Assembly (NCBI GenBank): GCA_965246715.1
Contig: CBDFFH010000002.1
Span: 64,001 to 128,000 of the forward strand
DNA: 64,000 bases
Direction: 5' to 3'
Origin: Chamaesiphon sp.
GTDB taxonomy: Bacteria; Cyanobacteriota; Cyanobacteriia; Cyanobacteriales; Chamaesiphonaceae
Below the pieces are notes generated by a model. It ran no database searches. It saw nothing but the letters and a program-made list of their open reading frames with translations, and had not been told where the DNA came from. A program made the position numbers and the translations under genes. Positions 43,152 through 53,549 of this stretch are shown here, piece after piece; positions within the stretch are counted from its first letter, which is position 1, and every line of letters begins with the position of its first letter.

Positions 43152-46100
43152 CTAAACAGGTGATAATGTCCGACGTTTGCTAACCATTTGGAAGGTTTCG
43201 ATGATGTCGCCTTCTTTCCAGTCGTTAAACTTGTCTAGACGGATACCGCACTCGAAGCCAGCATTGACTTCTTTAACGTCATCCTTGACCCGTTTGAGCG
43301 AGTCGAGCGTGCCTTCATAGACCAACTGCGTCTTGTTGCGGAGGACGCGGATGCTACAGTTCCGTAATGCCTTACCTGAGAGCACGTAACAACCAGCAAT
43401 GTTGCCACGTCCGGCTTGGAATACCGCCCGAACTTCCACTTGACCCAAGGGTTCTTCAACCTGTTCGGGATCGAGCAGACCTTCCATCGCGCCTTGGATA
43501 TCGCTGAGAAGGGCGTAGATGATGTTGTATTCGCGAACGTCTACACCAGCATCATCGGAGGCAGCGCGAGCGCCACTGGCCAAGGTGGTATTAAAGCCGA
43601 TAATGACGGCACCACTGGCTGCTGCGAGATCCACATCCGTTTCCGTGATTTCACCTGCGGCGGAGAGGAGGACGCGCACCTGGACTTCATTTTGCGGTAA
43701 CTGCCCAAGCGAACCGAGAATTGCTTCGACGGAACCTTGAACGTCGGCTTTGAGAATCAGGTTGAGTTCTTTGAGTTCTCCTTCCTGTGCTTTCGCGGAC
43801 AAGCTGTTGAGCGTGACGCGACGGGAAGCCATCATCTGTTGCAGACGCGATTGACGGCGTTCGGCGGAACGAATATCGGCAATAGCACGAGCTTCTTTTT
43901 CTGGATAGACTTCAAACTCATCACCAGCCTGGGGAACGTCGCTCAAACCGAGGACTTCTACGGCAAAGGATGGGCCAGCGGCTTCGACGCGCGCGAGGCG
44001 GTCGTCTACCATCGCCCGGACTTTACCGAACACATGTCCGGCAACGAGGGTCTCACCGACGCGGAGCGTACCATTTTGAATCAGGAGCGTTGCGACAGGG
44101 CCTTTGGCCTTGTCGAGGTGAGCTTCGATCACCGTACCCCGTGCGGTACGATCGGGATTGGCTTGCAGATCTTCGACATCGGCTACCAACAAGATCATCT
44201 CTAGAAGTGTATCGAGATTTTCTCCTTTGAGGGCGCTCACAGGTACCATAATCGTGTCCCCACCGAGTTCTTCAGCTTGGAGGTTGAAGGCGATTAGTTC
44301 CTGTTGTACGCGAGCGATGTTGGCACCAGGCTTATCGACCTTGTTAATAGCGACGATAATCGGTACTTCGGCTGCTTGAGCGTGACGGATTGCTTCGATC
44401 GTTTGTGGGCGGACACCATCATCAGCCGCGACAACGAGAATCGCAATATCCGTGACCCGCGCCCCACGCGCGCGCATAGCGGTAAAGGCTTCGTGACCGG
44501 GAGTATCCAGGAATACTACCTGTTGCATTTTGCCTTCATGCTCCATGTCTACATGGTATGCCCCGATATGCTGGGTAATCCCCCCAGCTTCACCTTGAGC
44601 GACTTTGGTCGATCGAATGGCATCCAATAGGGTGGTTTTACCGTGATCGACGTGTCCCATAATCGTGACGACGGGCGGACGACGCTGCAACTGGTCGAAG
44701 TCGGCGAGATCGAGCATCTCGGTAACTTTAGTGGCTTCAGCCTGTTCGACCCCAGTAATTACAGCGACACCCATTTCTTCGGCGACCATAGTGGCGGTAC
44801 CGACATCGAGAATCTGGGTGACGCTAATCGCGATCCCTTTAAAGAATAACTGTTTGACGATTTCGGTTTCCGGTACGGTGAGCATTTCTGCTAAATCGCG
44901 AACAGTGATACTCCCCATCAACGTAATCGATTCGGGTTTTTCAACGACATTTTTCTGTTCGCGTTTGTTGCTGCTGCGCTCTTGCTTTTGCTGGTCGCCC
45001 TTCATTACGGGTTTCTTGCGCTGAGCCGGAGCTGCTGCAACTCTTACACCGCCGCCAGTGCCGATCTTCTGTTTTGCTGGACGCGCGATCGATAAACTAA
45101 CGATCGTTTCGGTCTCTGTACCGTTACCATCTTCATCGTCATCATCATCATCTTCATCGATGACGACAGTTTTGACACGCTTGCCTTTAGCTGGGACTTT
45201 CGCCTTCGCGGTTTCGATTTCTTCCTCTTCCTTGCTCCAGCCTTTGCCTTTATTGACTGGCTTGCGGAGTGGCGGACGTTTGAGTTCGAGATCTAGTGGA
45301 GCTGGAGCATTATCATCTTTTTCATCGGTCGCCGCATCTTTGCCCCCAGCACCCGGTCGGGGCGCACCTTGGGGTTTGATTTGGACGATGCGTGTGGGCG
45401 GACGATTTAGTGGCGGTAAGGGTTCGGCCTCGGATTTTGCTACCGGGCGACGCGGCGCACCAGCGCTGGGAGGACGGCTGGGCGCACCAACTGCAGGTTT
45501 GCTCGCAGGTTCGCTCTTGACGATCTGGGATTTGGGGATGGGTTTACTTGGAGCCGCAGCGCGGGGCGTTGGCTCAGCATCATCGCCACTAGCATTCGCT
45601 GGCGCGCGACCGCTATCACTCAAATTTTCGGCATTAATCGGTCGCGCTGGCGGCCCTGACAATGAGGCGCGGGGTGCGGGCGGTTGAACTGGAGCGGATG
45701 CTCTTTGAACGCGAGCTGGTGCTACTGCATCAAAGCTACTACTCGTCTCGGTACGGCGGACGGGCGTGCTATCGCTGACTGGTGTCGGTCGGACGACTTG
45801 GCGGTTGGCACTAGGCGGCTGTGGTGTGGTCGGCTGGCGCAGTGGGGGTTGTTGGGCTGGTAGTGGGGGCTGGGGCATCAATGAGGGCTTAGTCTGGATA
45901 TCTGTTTTGTGTTCGATCCGCAAAATTTGGGTCTTGGGTTCGACTGGACGCTGCGGTGTTTTGGGCGGCTCGGTTTTGACTGCCGCTGGACGCTGCTCCC
46001 CTTTTTTCGGGTGGGGTCTGGCGTGGAGCCTTATTCTGACGATTCGGAAACTTTTCGTTTGCGACGTTGGTAATCTGTTCTGCTTCGGCTTCTGAGATAC

Positions 46101-46215
46101 TACTACTATGGCTTTTGACCACAATACTTAAGTCTTCACAAATTCCCAACAAATCCTTATTTTCCAAATTCAATTCCTTTGACAGTTCGTAAATTCTGAC
46201 TTTGCCGTTGTTCAT
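43152..46215 (-). CDS. infB: Translation initiation factor IF-2 (apparent +1 frameshift near 46000)
   Basis: IF2_N domain [15 protein letters not shown] lies in ORF 45889-46215; the G domain ([24 protein letters not shown]) and C-terminus lie in ORF 43152-46124 in another frame. Confidence 0.95.
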
Positions 46216-46765
46216 CCACTATGTCCCTATTTATGCAACCATTCGCGCGTCTAGATTATGACTCGATCGGATCGTGACCATATATTTATCTACACAATTA
46301 ATATTTTGATGATGAAAATTTATTATCTTGAAGAAAGCGATTACCGGGTAGTGGTTTAGGCGATCGGCGACTATTGTCGATCGATCGGGTGATTTTCCCT
46401 AATTCATTGTCGACCTACTCATCGGCGCAGCCGCCGATCGAGGAGGATTGCTGTCTCACATTGGTTGGTGGCGGCTTCGGTGTTGCCAACCGACCTAAGT
46501 CATCGCGCAAGCTATGCCATAGGGGAATCATATTATATTCTTACACCAATATGTCATCATTGGCGAGTCCGATCGACAATTTGTGATAATGTTAGAGGTT
46601 TGTCCGATCGGGGATCGCCCTCAGTAGTGGCTAGGCACAGCTAGACGTTCTCTTTTTTTAACATCAGCCGTTTGCGAGTAACTTCCCATCTACCATTAAT
46701 AACTAAGCGGGGTCGCAATTTCCACCCCCACCAACCCACTAGCCACTAATTTATAATTTATTCAG

Positions 46766-47536
46766 ATGGGCAAGACATATATTGTGGGTGCGGGGCCAGG
46801 GGATCTTGTCTATCTGACGATTCGGGCACAACAGATTCTCACCCAAGCAGAGGTATTGATTTATGATGCGTTGGTCGATCGACAGTTATTAGCTTTAGTG
46901 CCCGATAATTGTATCCTCGTCGATGTCGGCAAGCGTGGTGGCAAACCGAGTATGCCCCAAGCCGAGATCGATCGAGTGTTGGTCGAACACGCCAAAACCG
47001 GACGCTCGGTAGTCCGGCTCAAAAGTGGCGACCCGTTTATTTTTGGCCGGGTGACCTCCGAAATCGATGCGTTAATCGCTGCCAACTGCGATTATGAGGT
47101 CGTACCCGGACTGTCTAGCGCCCTAGTCGCGCCCCTGCTTGTGGGAATTCCCCTGACAGATCCCGTCCTCAGTCGGGGATTTGCCGTGATTACCGCGCAT
47201 TTCCCTGACGATCTCGATTGGGATGCCTTGGCGCGGATGCCAACGATCGTGATTTTGATGGGTACGCGCACTTTAGGCACAATTGTCGCTCGATTATTAA
47301 AACACGATCGCGCTGCCGATACCCCGATCGCGGCGATCCGCTGGGCGGGTACGCCACAGCAACAAGTTTGGGTGTCCGATCTGGGGCAGATCTTATCGGA
47401 CACCGCCAACGTTGAATTATCACCAGCAGTAATTGTCATCGGGCAAGTGGTGCGATTGCGTCCGTATCTCAATTGTGCGCCCCAGACTTCACCGATTACC
47501 CTGACGATCGGGGCAGAGGGGGCGAAGGGGAGATAA
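46766..47536 (+). CDS. cobA: Uroporphyrinogen-III C-methyltransferase (N-terminal part of CobA/HemD fusion)
   Basis: [28 protein letters not shown]. Confidence 0.9.
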   Translation: MGKTYIVGAGPGDLVYLTIRAQQILTQAEVLIYDALVDRQLLALVPDNCILVDVGKRGGKPSMPQAEIDRVLVEHAKTGRSVVRLKSGDPFIFGRVTSEIDALIAANCDYEVVPGLSSALVAPLLVGIPLTDPVLSRGFAVITAHFPDDLDWDALARMPTIVILMGTRTLGTIVARLLKHDRAADTPIAAIRWAGTPQQQVWVSDLGQILSDTANVELSPAVIVIGQVVRLRPYLNCAPQTSPITLTIGAEGAKGR

Positions 47537-48354
47537 TCGGGGTAGTAGATCGATCGAATCCGCATCCCTTTGCTGGTAAAAACATCCTTGTCACCCGCGC
47601 GACCGGACAAGCAGGTGAATTTAGTCAAATGTTGCGATCGCGTGGCGCACGAGTCATTGAGATGCCAACTTTAGAAATCGTACCCCCTACAAGTTGGCAG
47701 GAGCTAGATAATGCGATCGCCCAAATCGGCGATTTTGATTGGCTGATCCTCACTTCCACCAATGCGGTCGATTATTTCTTCGCCCGACTGCATGCTGCTG
47801 GCAAAGATAGCCGCGCCCTTGCTGATGTCAAAATTGCCGTTGTCGGTCAAAAAACGGCTAAATCGCTGCAACAGTTTGGGATTACCGCAGATTTTATTCC
47901 ACCCGATTTTGTTGCCGATGCGTTGGTGAGTAATTTTCCCGTAGATCCAGCAGGTCAACGATTGTTATTTCCCCGCGTCGAAACTGGCGGTCGGGAGATG
48001 TTAGTGCGAGAATTTACCGCTTTAGGCGCAACTGTCGTTGAAGTGCCTGCGTACCAATCGCAATGCCCGATCGAGGTAGATCCGCTCGCCTTAGCCGCAC
48101 TCCAGGCTGGGCAGATAGATATTATTACTTTCGCCAGTTCCAAAACTGTCAAAAATTTCTGTCAATTAATCGGCACCAGTTTACCATCGGGCTGGCAAGA
48201 GCAAGTACATATTGCCTCGATCGGCCCGCAGACATCGGATAGCTGTCGATCGTTATTAGGGAAGGTCGATATCGAGGCGACTGAGTATACTTTACCAGGA
48301 TTGGTGGCAGCATTAGAGTTGCGGCTAGAGACTAGCTCGCCCGATGCTCGTTGA
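47473..48354 (+). CDS. hemD: Uroporphyrinogen-III synthase (C-terminal part of fusion, -1 frame)
   Basis: GKNILVTRA, WLILTSTNAV, AVVGQKTA, TFASSKTV, SIGPQTS; no convincing independent start. Confidence 0.88.
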   Translation: MCAPDFTDYPDDRGRGGEGEIIGVVDRSNPHPFAGKNILVTRATGQAGEFSQMLRSRGARVIEMPTLEIVPPTSWQELDNAIAQIGDFDWLILTSTNAVDYFFARLHAAGKDSRALADVKIAVVGQKTAKSLQQFGITADFIPPDFVADALVSNFPVDPAGQRLLFPRVETGGREMLVREFTALGATVVEVPAYQSQCPIEVDPLALAALQAGQIDIITFASSKTVKNFCQLIGTSLPSGWQEQVHIASIGPQTSDSCRSLLGKVDIEATEYTLPGLVAALELRLETSSPDAR

Positions 48355-48537
48355 CATGAAGGCTCGCGATTTTGCTTGGCTCCGAGATCCAATCGCCTGT
48401 GCGATCTCGTTCGCACTACTTTCACCTAACTATTTATAGCTTAGTAAATCAGATATCTCTACCTCTAACTACCATGTCACAACTAAATCCGATCGTTACT
48501 GAGCTGCTTATGAATAGCGACTATAATTTTGCAAAAA

Positions 48538-49059
48538 ATGGCAGTTTTATTCGATCTCGATTTCACATTGATTGACTCACTCTCGATCTCCCAATTACGC
48601 CAAACCAGACAACAACACGCCGCTTATGAGCTGATTCCGCAGATTGTGGCATATCCAGGGATTAGCGAATTGCTGTACGAACTCAACCAGCGTCAAATTC
48701 CGATCGCGATTGTCACATCCAGCCGAAAACTATTTTGCGATCGCATTATCGCGCATCAGCAATGGTCGATCGATATTGTTATTTCGCGTGAAGATGTCCG
48801 ATTGCCTAAACCCGATCCAGCCGGAATTTCGATCGCCTTGGAGCGATTGGGTGTCAAGGCTGAGGATGCGGTGATGGTAGGCGATAGTCCCGACGATATT
48901 GCCGCAGCTCGACCTATTGGAGTATACTCGATCGGTGCGCTTTGGGGTTGTCAGGCACCAGAGCTATTAATTGCCTCCAATCCAGATAAATTATGCACGA
49001 CAGTTAGCAACTTGCATGATTTCCTGACTAGCTTAGCAGTGGTATCAAATGTTCGATAG
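48538..49059 (+). CDS. HAD-superfamily hydrolase (phosphoglycolate phosphatase-like)
   Basis: FDLDFTLIDS, IVTS, KPDP, VGDSPDDI. Confidence 0.88.
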   Translation: MAVLFDLDFTLIDSLSISQLRQTRQQHAAYELIPQIVAYPGISELLYELNQRQIPIAIVTSSRKLFCDRIIAHQQWSIDIVISREDVRLPKPDPAGISIALERLGVKAEDAVMVGDSPDDIAAARPIGVYSIGALWGCQAPELLIASNPDKLCTTVSNLHDFLTSLAVVSNVR

Positions 49060-49233
49060 CTCGATCGATCTTTTACTTGACAACGGTGGATTTCGCTCCG
49101 GTTATCGACAATTTCAGTTGGCATGAATTTAACCAGCAACATAATTTACCAAAATGCCGTCAAAGCGGTTAGTTGCTAGAATTATAAGTAACCGTCGCGC
49201 TCCAAATTACACTCAATATTTAGTCGAAAATTT

Positions 49234-50082
49234 ATGTTAACTAGAGTGGCTTCCCTCCGTCAGTGGTTGCAACGGTGGTGCTTGTATCCTGCGATTTCGG
49301 TCTTGACGGTTGGTACGATCGTTATTGCGCAGCCACAGATCGGGCAAGCTGCTCCCTGGTGGCAAATCCTGATCCAAGGTGTTCAGTACGTCCAAATTGC
49401 CAACTTATCTGATGCTCAAGAAGCAGGTTTGGGCGAAAGAATTAACCAAGAATTGGCGAACGGACAAGTCAGATTGTACGATAACCCTAGTGCCCTGGCA
49501 TATGTCGATCGCATCGGCCAAAAGTTAGCGCGCAACAGTGCCAGACCGAATATTAAATATACTTTCCAAATCGTCAAGGACGACAGTATCAACGCTTTTG
49601 CGACGATGGGGGGGTATGTATATGTGAATACTGGCTTGCTCAAAGCCGCAGATAACGAAGCACAGTTAGCTGGTGTGATCGGTCATGAAATCGGCCACAT
49701 TGCTGGTCGCCATGCGCTGCAACATATGAAGCAAGCGGCGCTTGCCCAAGGAATCAGTTCGGCGGTGGGAGTCGATAGCAACCAAATCGTACAGATCGGC
49801 GTACAAGTGGCGCTGACACTACCCAATAGTCGTCAAGATGAGTACGATGCCGATCGACGTGGCATGACAACGATGATTCAAGCAGGCTATGCACCTACAG
49901 CGATGCCAGAGTTCATGAAAAAGTTAATTAATAGTAATTCGTCACCTGAATTCCTCAGCAGTCACCCAGGTGCAAAAGAACGCGTTGCCAATCTGGAAAA
50001 AATGATTCCCACTGCCTATCGAAGTCGGACTGAAGGCTTGAATGCCAGCACGTATAAACAACAAATCCAACGTTTCTTCTAG
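49234..50082 (+). CDS. M48-family metallopeptidase (BepA-like, exported)
   Basis: INAFATMGG, GHEIGH, EYDADRRG, FLSSHP. Confidence 0.9.
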   Translation: MLTRVASLRQWLQRWCLYPAISVLTVGTIVIAQPQIGQAAPWWQILIQGVQYVQIANLSDAQEAGLGERINQELANGQVRLYDNPSALAYVDRIGQKLARNSARPNIKYTFQIVKDDSINAFATMGGYVYVNTGLLKAADNEAQLAGVIGHEIGHIAGRHALQHMKQAALAQGISSAVGVDSNQIVQIGVQVALTLPNSRQDEYDADRRGMTTMIQAGYAPTAMPEFMKKLINSNSSPEFLSSHPGAKERVANLEKMIPTAYRSRTEGLNASTYKQQIQRFF

Positions 50083-50113
50083 AAGCAGACTGGGAAAAAA
50101 TCCTCCCGAACGC

Positions 50114-50146
50114 ACCCGACTTTTCTAGCAGAAGTCGGGTTTTTTT
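50114..50146 (+). terminator. Intrinsic terminator
   Basis: ACCCGACTT...AAGTCGGGT followed by a T tract. Confidence 0.7.
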
Positions 50147-50433
50147 GATTGGTGACGATCGCCACATCAGTTAAGCTATCGTAGGGGCGATACTTGTCGG
50201 AATGTTTACCAGAGTGTCTCTACAAGCGCCTCAATGTTGAGAATACCCCCACGCCAGCCATTAAAGTGATACCAATTTAAAAAACAATAGTGACAGATGG
50301 GTTGGCAGACTCCAAACATAGCAAGAGTTTCCCAATCCAAAATCCAAAATCCACAATCCACAATGTTATGACTTAGATCGCCAATACATTAACAGTAATC
50401 AATTCATAATCGGTTAGTTCGATCTCCCAGCTC

Positions 50434-51426
50434 ATGAGTGAATTTAAAGTAGAAGTAGTCCAAATTAGCAGCGTCGTTCCTCATCCCAATGCCGATCGAT
50501 TGGATCTGGTAATGTTTGAGGGCATGGCTTATCAAGTCGTCATTGCCAAAGGTAAATTCAAGGTTGGGGATTTAGCTTATTATTTCCCGATCGATAGCGT
50601 GATTCCCGATCGCTATTTAGATGAGTTTGAAATTAGGACTTATTACAAGAAAAAGATTAGAGCGACTAAGCTCCGGGGCATCTTTTCGGAAGGATTATTA
50701 GTCGAAGTCAGTCCTGATTTCGCCGGACGAGTCGGCGATGACTATGCCGATATTTTTGGCGTAACTAAATTTGAGTATCCGATTCCAGTAACGATGAACG
50801 GCGATATGGAAGGTCAAATCGGCCAGCACAAATTCCCCAGTCCCGAACATCTCAAACGGTATAAGGATCTATTCAACGATGGCGAGGAAGTCGTTATCAC
50901 CGAAAAAATTCACGGCACCAATTTTAGTGTCTTAGTCGAGCCAGATGGCGAGGTCAAAATTGCCAGTCATCGCTACTTCTGGAAGGACAATGAAGTCAAT
51001 AGTCGGATGGTTTATATTCGGACTTACCATGAAAATGAGGTATTACAACATCTACCTCATGATGTCCAAGTTTTTGGTGAAATTTATGGCGTTCAAGATC
51101 TCAAGTACGGTTTAAAAGATGGCAAAATTGACTTTGCAATTTTTGCAGTCTGCAAAGGTCGAGAATTCCTAAATTATGATGACTTTATTTCTTTTTGTGA
51201 GGCGTATCAATTACCCAGAGTCCCCGTCTTGTATCGTGGCGCATATAGTTGGGAAATAGCGACGCAATTTAATAATGCCGATAGCGTTCTCGCGCCTAAA
51301 TGGATGATGGAAGGTGTCATCGTTCAACCCGCGATCGAGCGTACCGATTTTAAAGTCGGTCGAGTCGTTCTGAAGTTGATTAGCGATCGTTATCTCCTGC
51401 GGAAGGATGGTACCGAACTGCACTAA
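50434..51426 (+). CDS. ATP-dependent RNA ligase, DRB0094/Rnl2-like family
   Basis: N-terminal OB-like HPNADRL...KLRGIFSEG; motif I TEKIHGTN, FGEIYG, EGVIV, LKLIS. Confidence 0.88.
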   Translation: MSEFKVEVVQISSVVPHPNADRLDLVMFEGMAYQVVIAKGKFKVGDLAYYFPIDSVIPDRYLDEFEIRTYYKKKIRATKLRGIFSEGLLVEVSPDFAGRVGDDYADIFGVTKFEYPIPVTMNGDMEGQIGQHKFPSPEHLKRYKDLFNDGEEVVITEKIHGTNFSVLVEPDGEVKIASHRYFWKDNEVNSRMVYIRTYHENEVLQHLPHDVQVFGEIYGVQDLKYGLKDGKIDFAIFAVCKGREFLNYDDFISFCEAYQLPRVPVLYRGAYSWEIATQFNNADSVLAPKWMMEGVIVQPAIERTDFKVGRVVLKLISDRYLLRKDGTELH

Positions 51427-51431
51427 ATCAA

Positions 51432-51527
51432 TAGACTTCCTGCGAAAGTCAGGGAATAGGGAATAGGGGTACTATCGAGCTAAACAGTACTGAAAAAGAT
51501 TGGGCTTTTACTTTCGCAGGAGGTCTA
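51432..51527. repeat. Small TIR element
   Basis: TAGACTTCCTGCGAAAGT / ACTTTCGCAGGAGGTCTA (1 mismatch). Confidence 0.75.
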
Positions 51528-51585
51528 CTAAATGAATGTGAAAGCTCCCCGACTCCGCAAAGAAGTCGGGGAGCTGGCTGTTACA

Positions 51586-51742
51586 TAACCCAAGTTGCTA
51601 CCTATAACCCCAGCGGTTAGAAACCGCCGCTTGGATTGCAAAGTCCGCCTTCGCGGACTAATAATTCAGTCCGCGAAGGCGGACTTCGCATCATTAGCCG
51701 CGACTTCAGTCGCAGGCAAGAAATAGGTAGCAACTTGGGTTA
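51586..51742. repeat. MITE-like element, second copy of the 10830-10986 family
   Basis: Perfect 19-bp TIR TAACCCAAGTTGCTACCTA; same hairpin core. Confidence 0.88.
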
Positions 51743-51749
51743 CCTAGAA

Positions 51750-53156
51750 TTACTCCAAGTCCTCGGCATCGCCGCCAACGACGACATCGCGGATTCGTAA
51801 ACTCGGCCCCCCTACGCCAACAGCCAAACCACCTTGCCCAGCTTTACCGCAACCGCCCGATTCATCCCAGAAGAAGTCATCGCCAATCCCTTCAATATCC
51901 CCCAACGTTTTAAATACATTTCCCGATAACGTCACATCCCGCACGGGTTCGGCAATCTCACCATTGCGAATCATCCACGCTTCACCAGCACTAAACGTAA
52001 ACATCTCGCCATTCGTCATCCCACCCAACCAATTACGCGCGTAGACCCCTTCTTTAATATCCGTAAATAAATCGGCAACTGGCGTATGCCCCCGCTCGAT
52101 CCAAGTATTTGTCATGCGGACGATCGGTGGAAAATGATAATTCAAGCACCGGGCATTACCCGTCGCTGCCTCCTCGAGTTTCCCCGCAGTTTCACGCGAA
52201 TGTAGCCGTCCCACTAGTACGCCATCCTCGATCAATTGCGTCGTCGTTGCTGGCGTACCCTCATCGTCATAGAGATAGCTCCCGCGATGTCCCGCTGGTG
52301 CCGCACCATCGAAAATCTGTAACTCTTTACAGCCAAACCGCCGTCCCATCGTCATTACTTCCAACAGATCGGGATTTTCATACATCGAATCAGCCTCAGA
52401 GAGGTGTCCAAAGGCCTCATGGACGAACAAACCGCTGAGAATGGGGTCGATCACGACAGTATAAGCATTGCCTTTGACAGGTGGCAGCGAGAGGGCAGCT
52501 ACAGCACGTTGCGCGGCACTTTCGACCTGGCGATCGAGTCCGATCAGGTCTTCATATGCTTTGCGCGAACCGAGCGTTTCGCGTCCGGTTTGCACGGTGT
52601 CCCCATTTCTGGCGGTAGCCGCAAACCGAATCTCCATATCCGCCCAAGATTGCTCGATCAGCGTTCCTTCGGAAGTCGCCAAAATTATATGTTGGGTACT
52701 ATCGCCATAGCGCACTGATGTGGTCGCGATCCGCCGATCGGTACTCTGTAAAATCAGATTGTAATGTTCGCACAACTTCTTCTTGCTCGCGATCGAAATT
52801 TCGCGCGGATCGGTACCGATTAACGGCAAGCTACAGCTAGTTCGAACGATTTCGATCGGGGCGAGGATCGTCTCATCCTCACCAATAATCCGTGCTGCGG
52901 CGATCGCTTCTTCGATCCGTTCGGCTAAGGTTTCGATCCGATTGAAACTGGCAAATCCCCAACCACCTTTATAGCACGCCCGAACTTGACCGCCGATCGC
53001 CAAATCCTCGCTGAGCGTCTCGACTTTATCACCGCGAATCAAAATATCCGTCCCTTCCGACTCTTCGAGTCTGATCGCTAGATAATCTACCCGATCGCGA
53101 TAACGACCGATTAATTCTGTCAGCAGATTTTTATTGTCAACAATTACAGATGCCAT
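51750..53156 (-). CDS. tldD: TldD/PmbA-family metalloprotease (TldD type)
   Basis: FVHEAFGHLSEAD, YDDEG, RMTNT, GGCGK...GVGGP. Confidence 0.9.
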   Translation of the reverse strand: MASVIVDNKNLLTELIGRYRDRVDYLAIRLEESEGTDILIRGDKVETLSEDLAIGGQVRACYKGGWGFASFNRIETLAERIEEAIAAARIIGEDETILAPIEIVRTSCSLPLIGTDPREISIASKKKLCEHYNLILQSTDRRIATTSVRYGDSTQHIILATSEGTLIEQSWADMEIRFAATARNGDTVQTGRETLGSRKAYEDLIGLDRQVESAAQRAVAALSLPPVKGNAYTVVIDPILSGLFVHEAFGHLSEADSMYENPDLLEVMTMGRRFGCKELQIFDGAAPAGHRGSYLYDDEGTPATTTQLIEDGVLVGRLHSRETAGKLEEAATGNARCLNYHFPPIVRMTNTWIERGHTPVADLFTDIKEGVYARNWLGGMTNGEMFTFSAGEAWMIRNGEIAEPVRDVTLSGNVFKTLGDIEGIGDDFFWDESGGCGKAGQGGLAVGVGGPSLRIRDVVVGGDAEDLE

Positions 53157-53549
53157 AAAATTTATGAATTATGAATTACGCTTTCTAACCGATCGAGGCT
53201 TAGGTATTGCCAGGCTAGAGAGTCGAGCGCGAGCTGCGAAACTACAGCTAATTCGATCGTTTGGGGCAGATTATCTTAATTATGACTGAGGATCGATCGC
53301 TTTATGGCTGAATTATTTCGGTGGGATCTGAGTGTGCAGATTTCACTCGATCTACCAGCATTGTCAACGATCGATCTGAATTACCCGTACCCAACAAAAT
53401 GTTACTCGACTTAGCTGCTTATCATACAAATATCGCAAGTATCCAAATTTTTAATATTTGTTTAATATTTCCTGGTTTTGAGTCGAATCTAGAGCTATGC
53501 TAGAAGAGTTAGTCGATCGAGTCCGAGGTGTTGATACCTCGAATAATGC

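Noticed and set aside
43416..45687. Long antisense ORFs over infB (for example 45058-45687, 209 aa)
   Set aside because: They are antisense shadows of a GC-rich, codon-biased gene.
45998..46008. A-AAA-AAG slippery heptamer as a programmed -1 frameshift in infB
   Set aside because: The phase is wrong: joining the two ORFs needs a +1 shift, and the heptamer is not in the frame of the upstream ORF.
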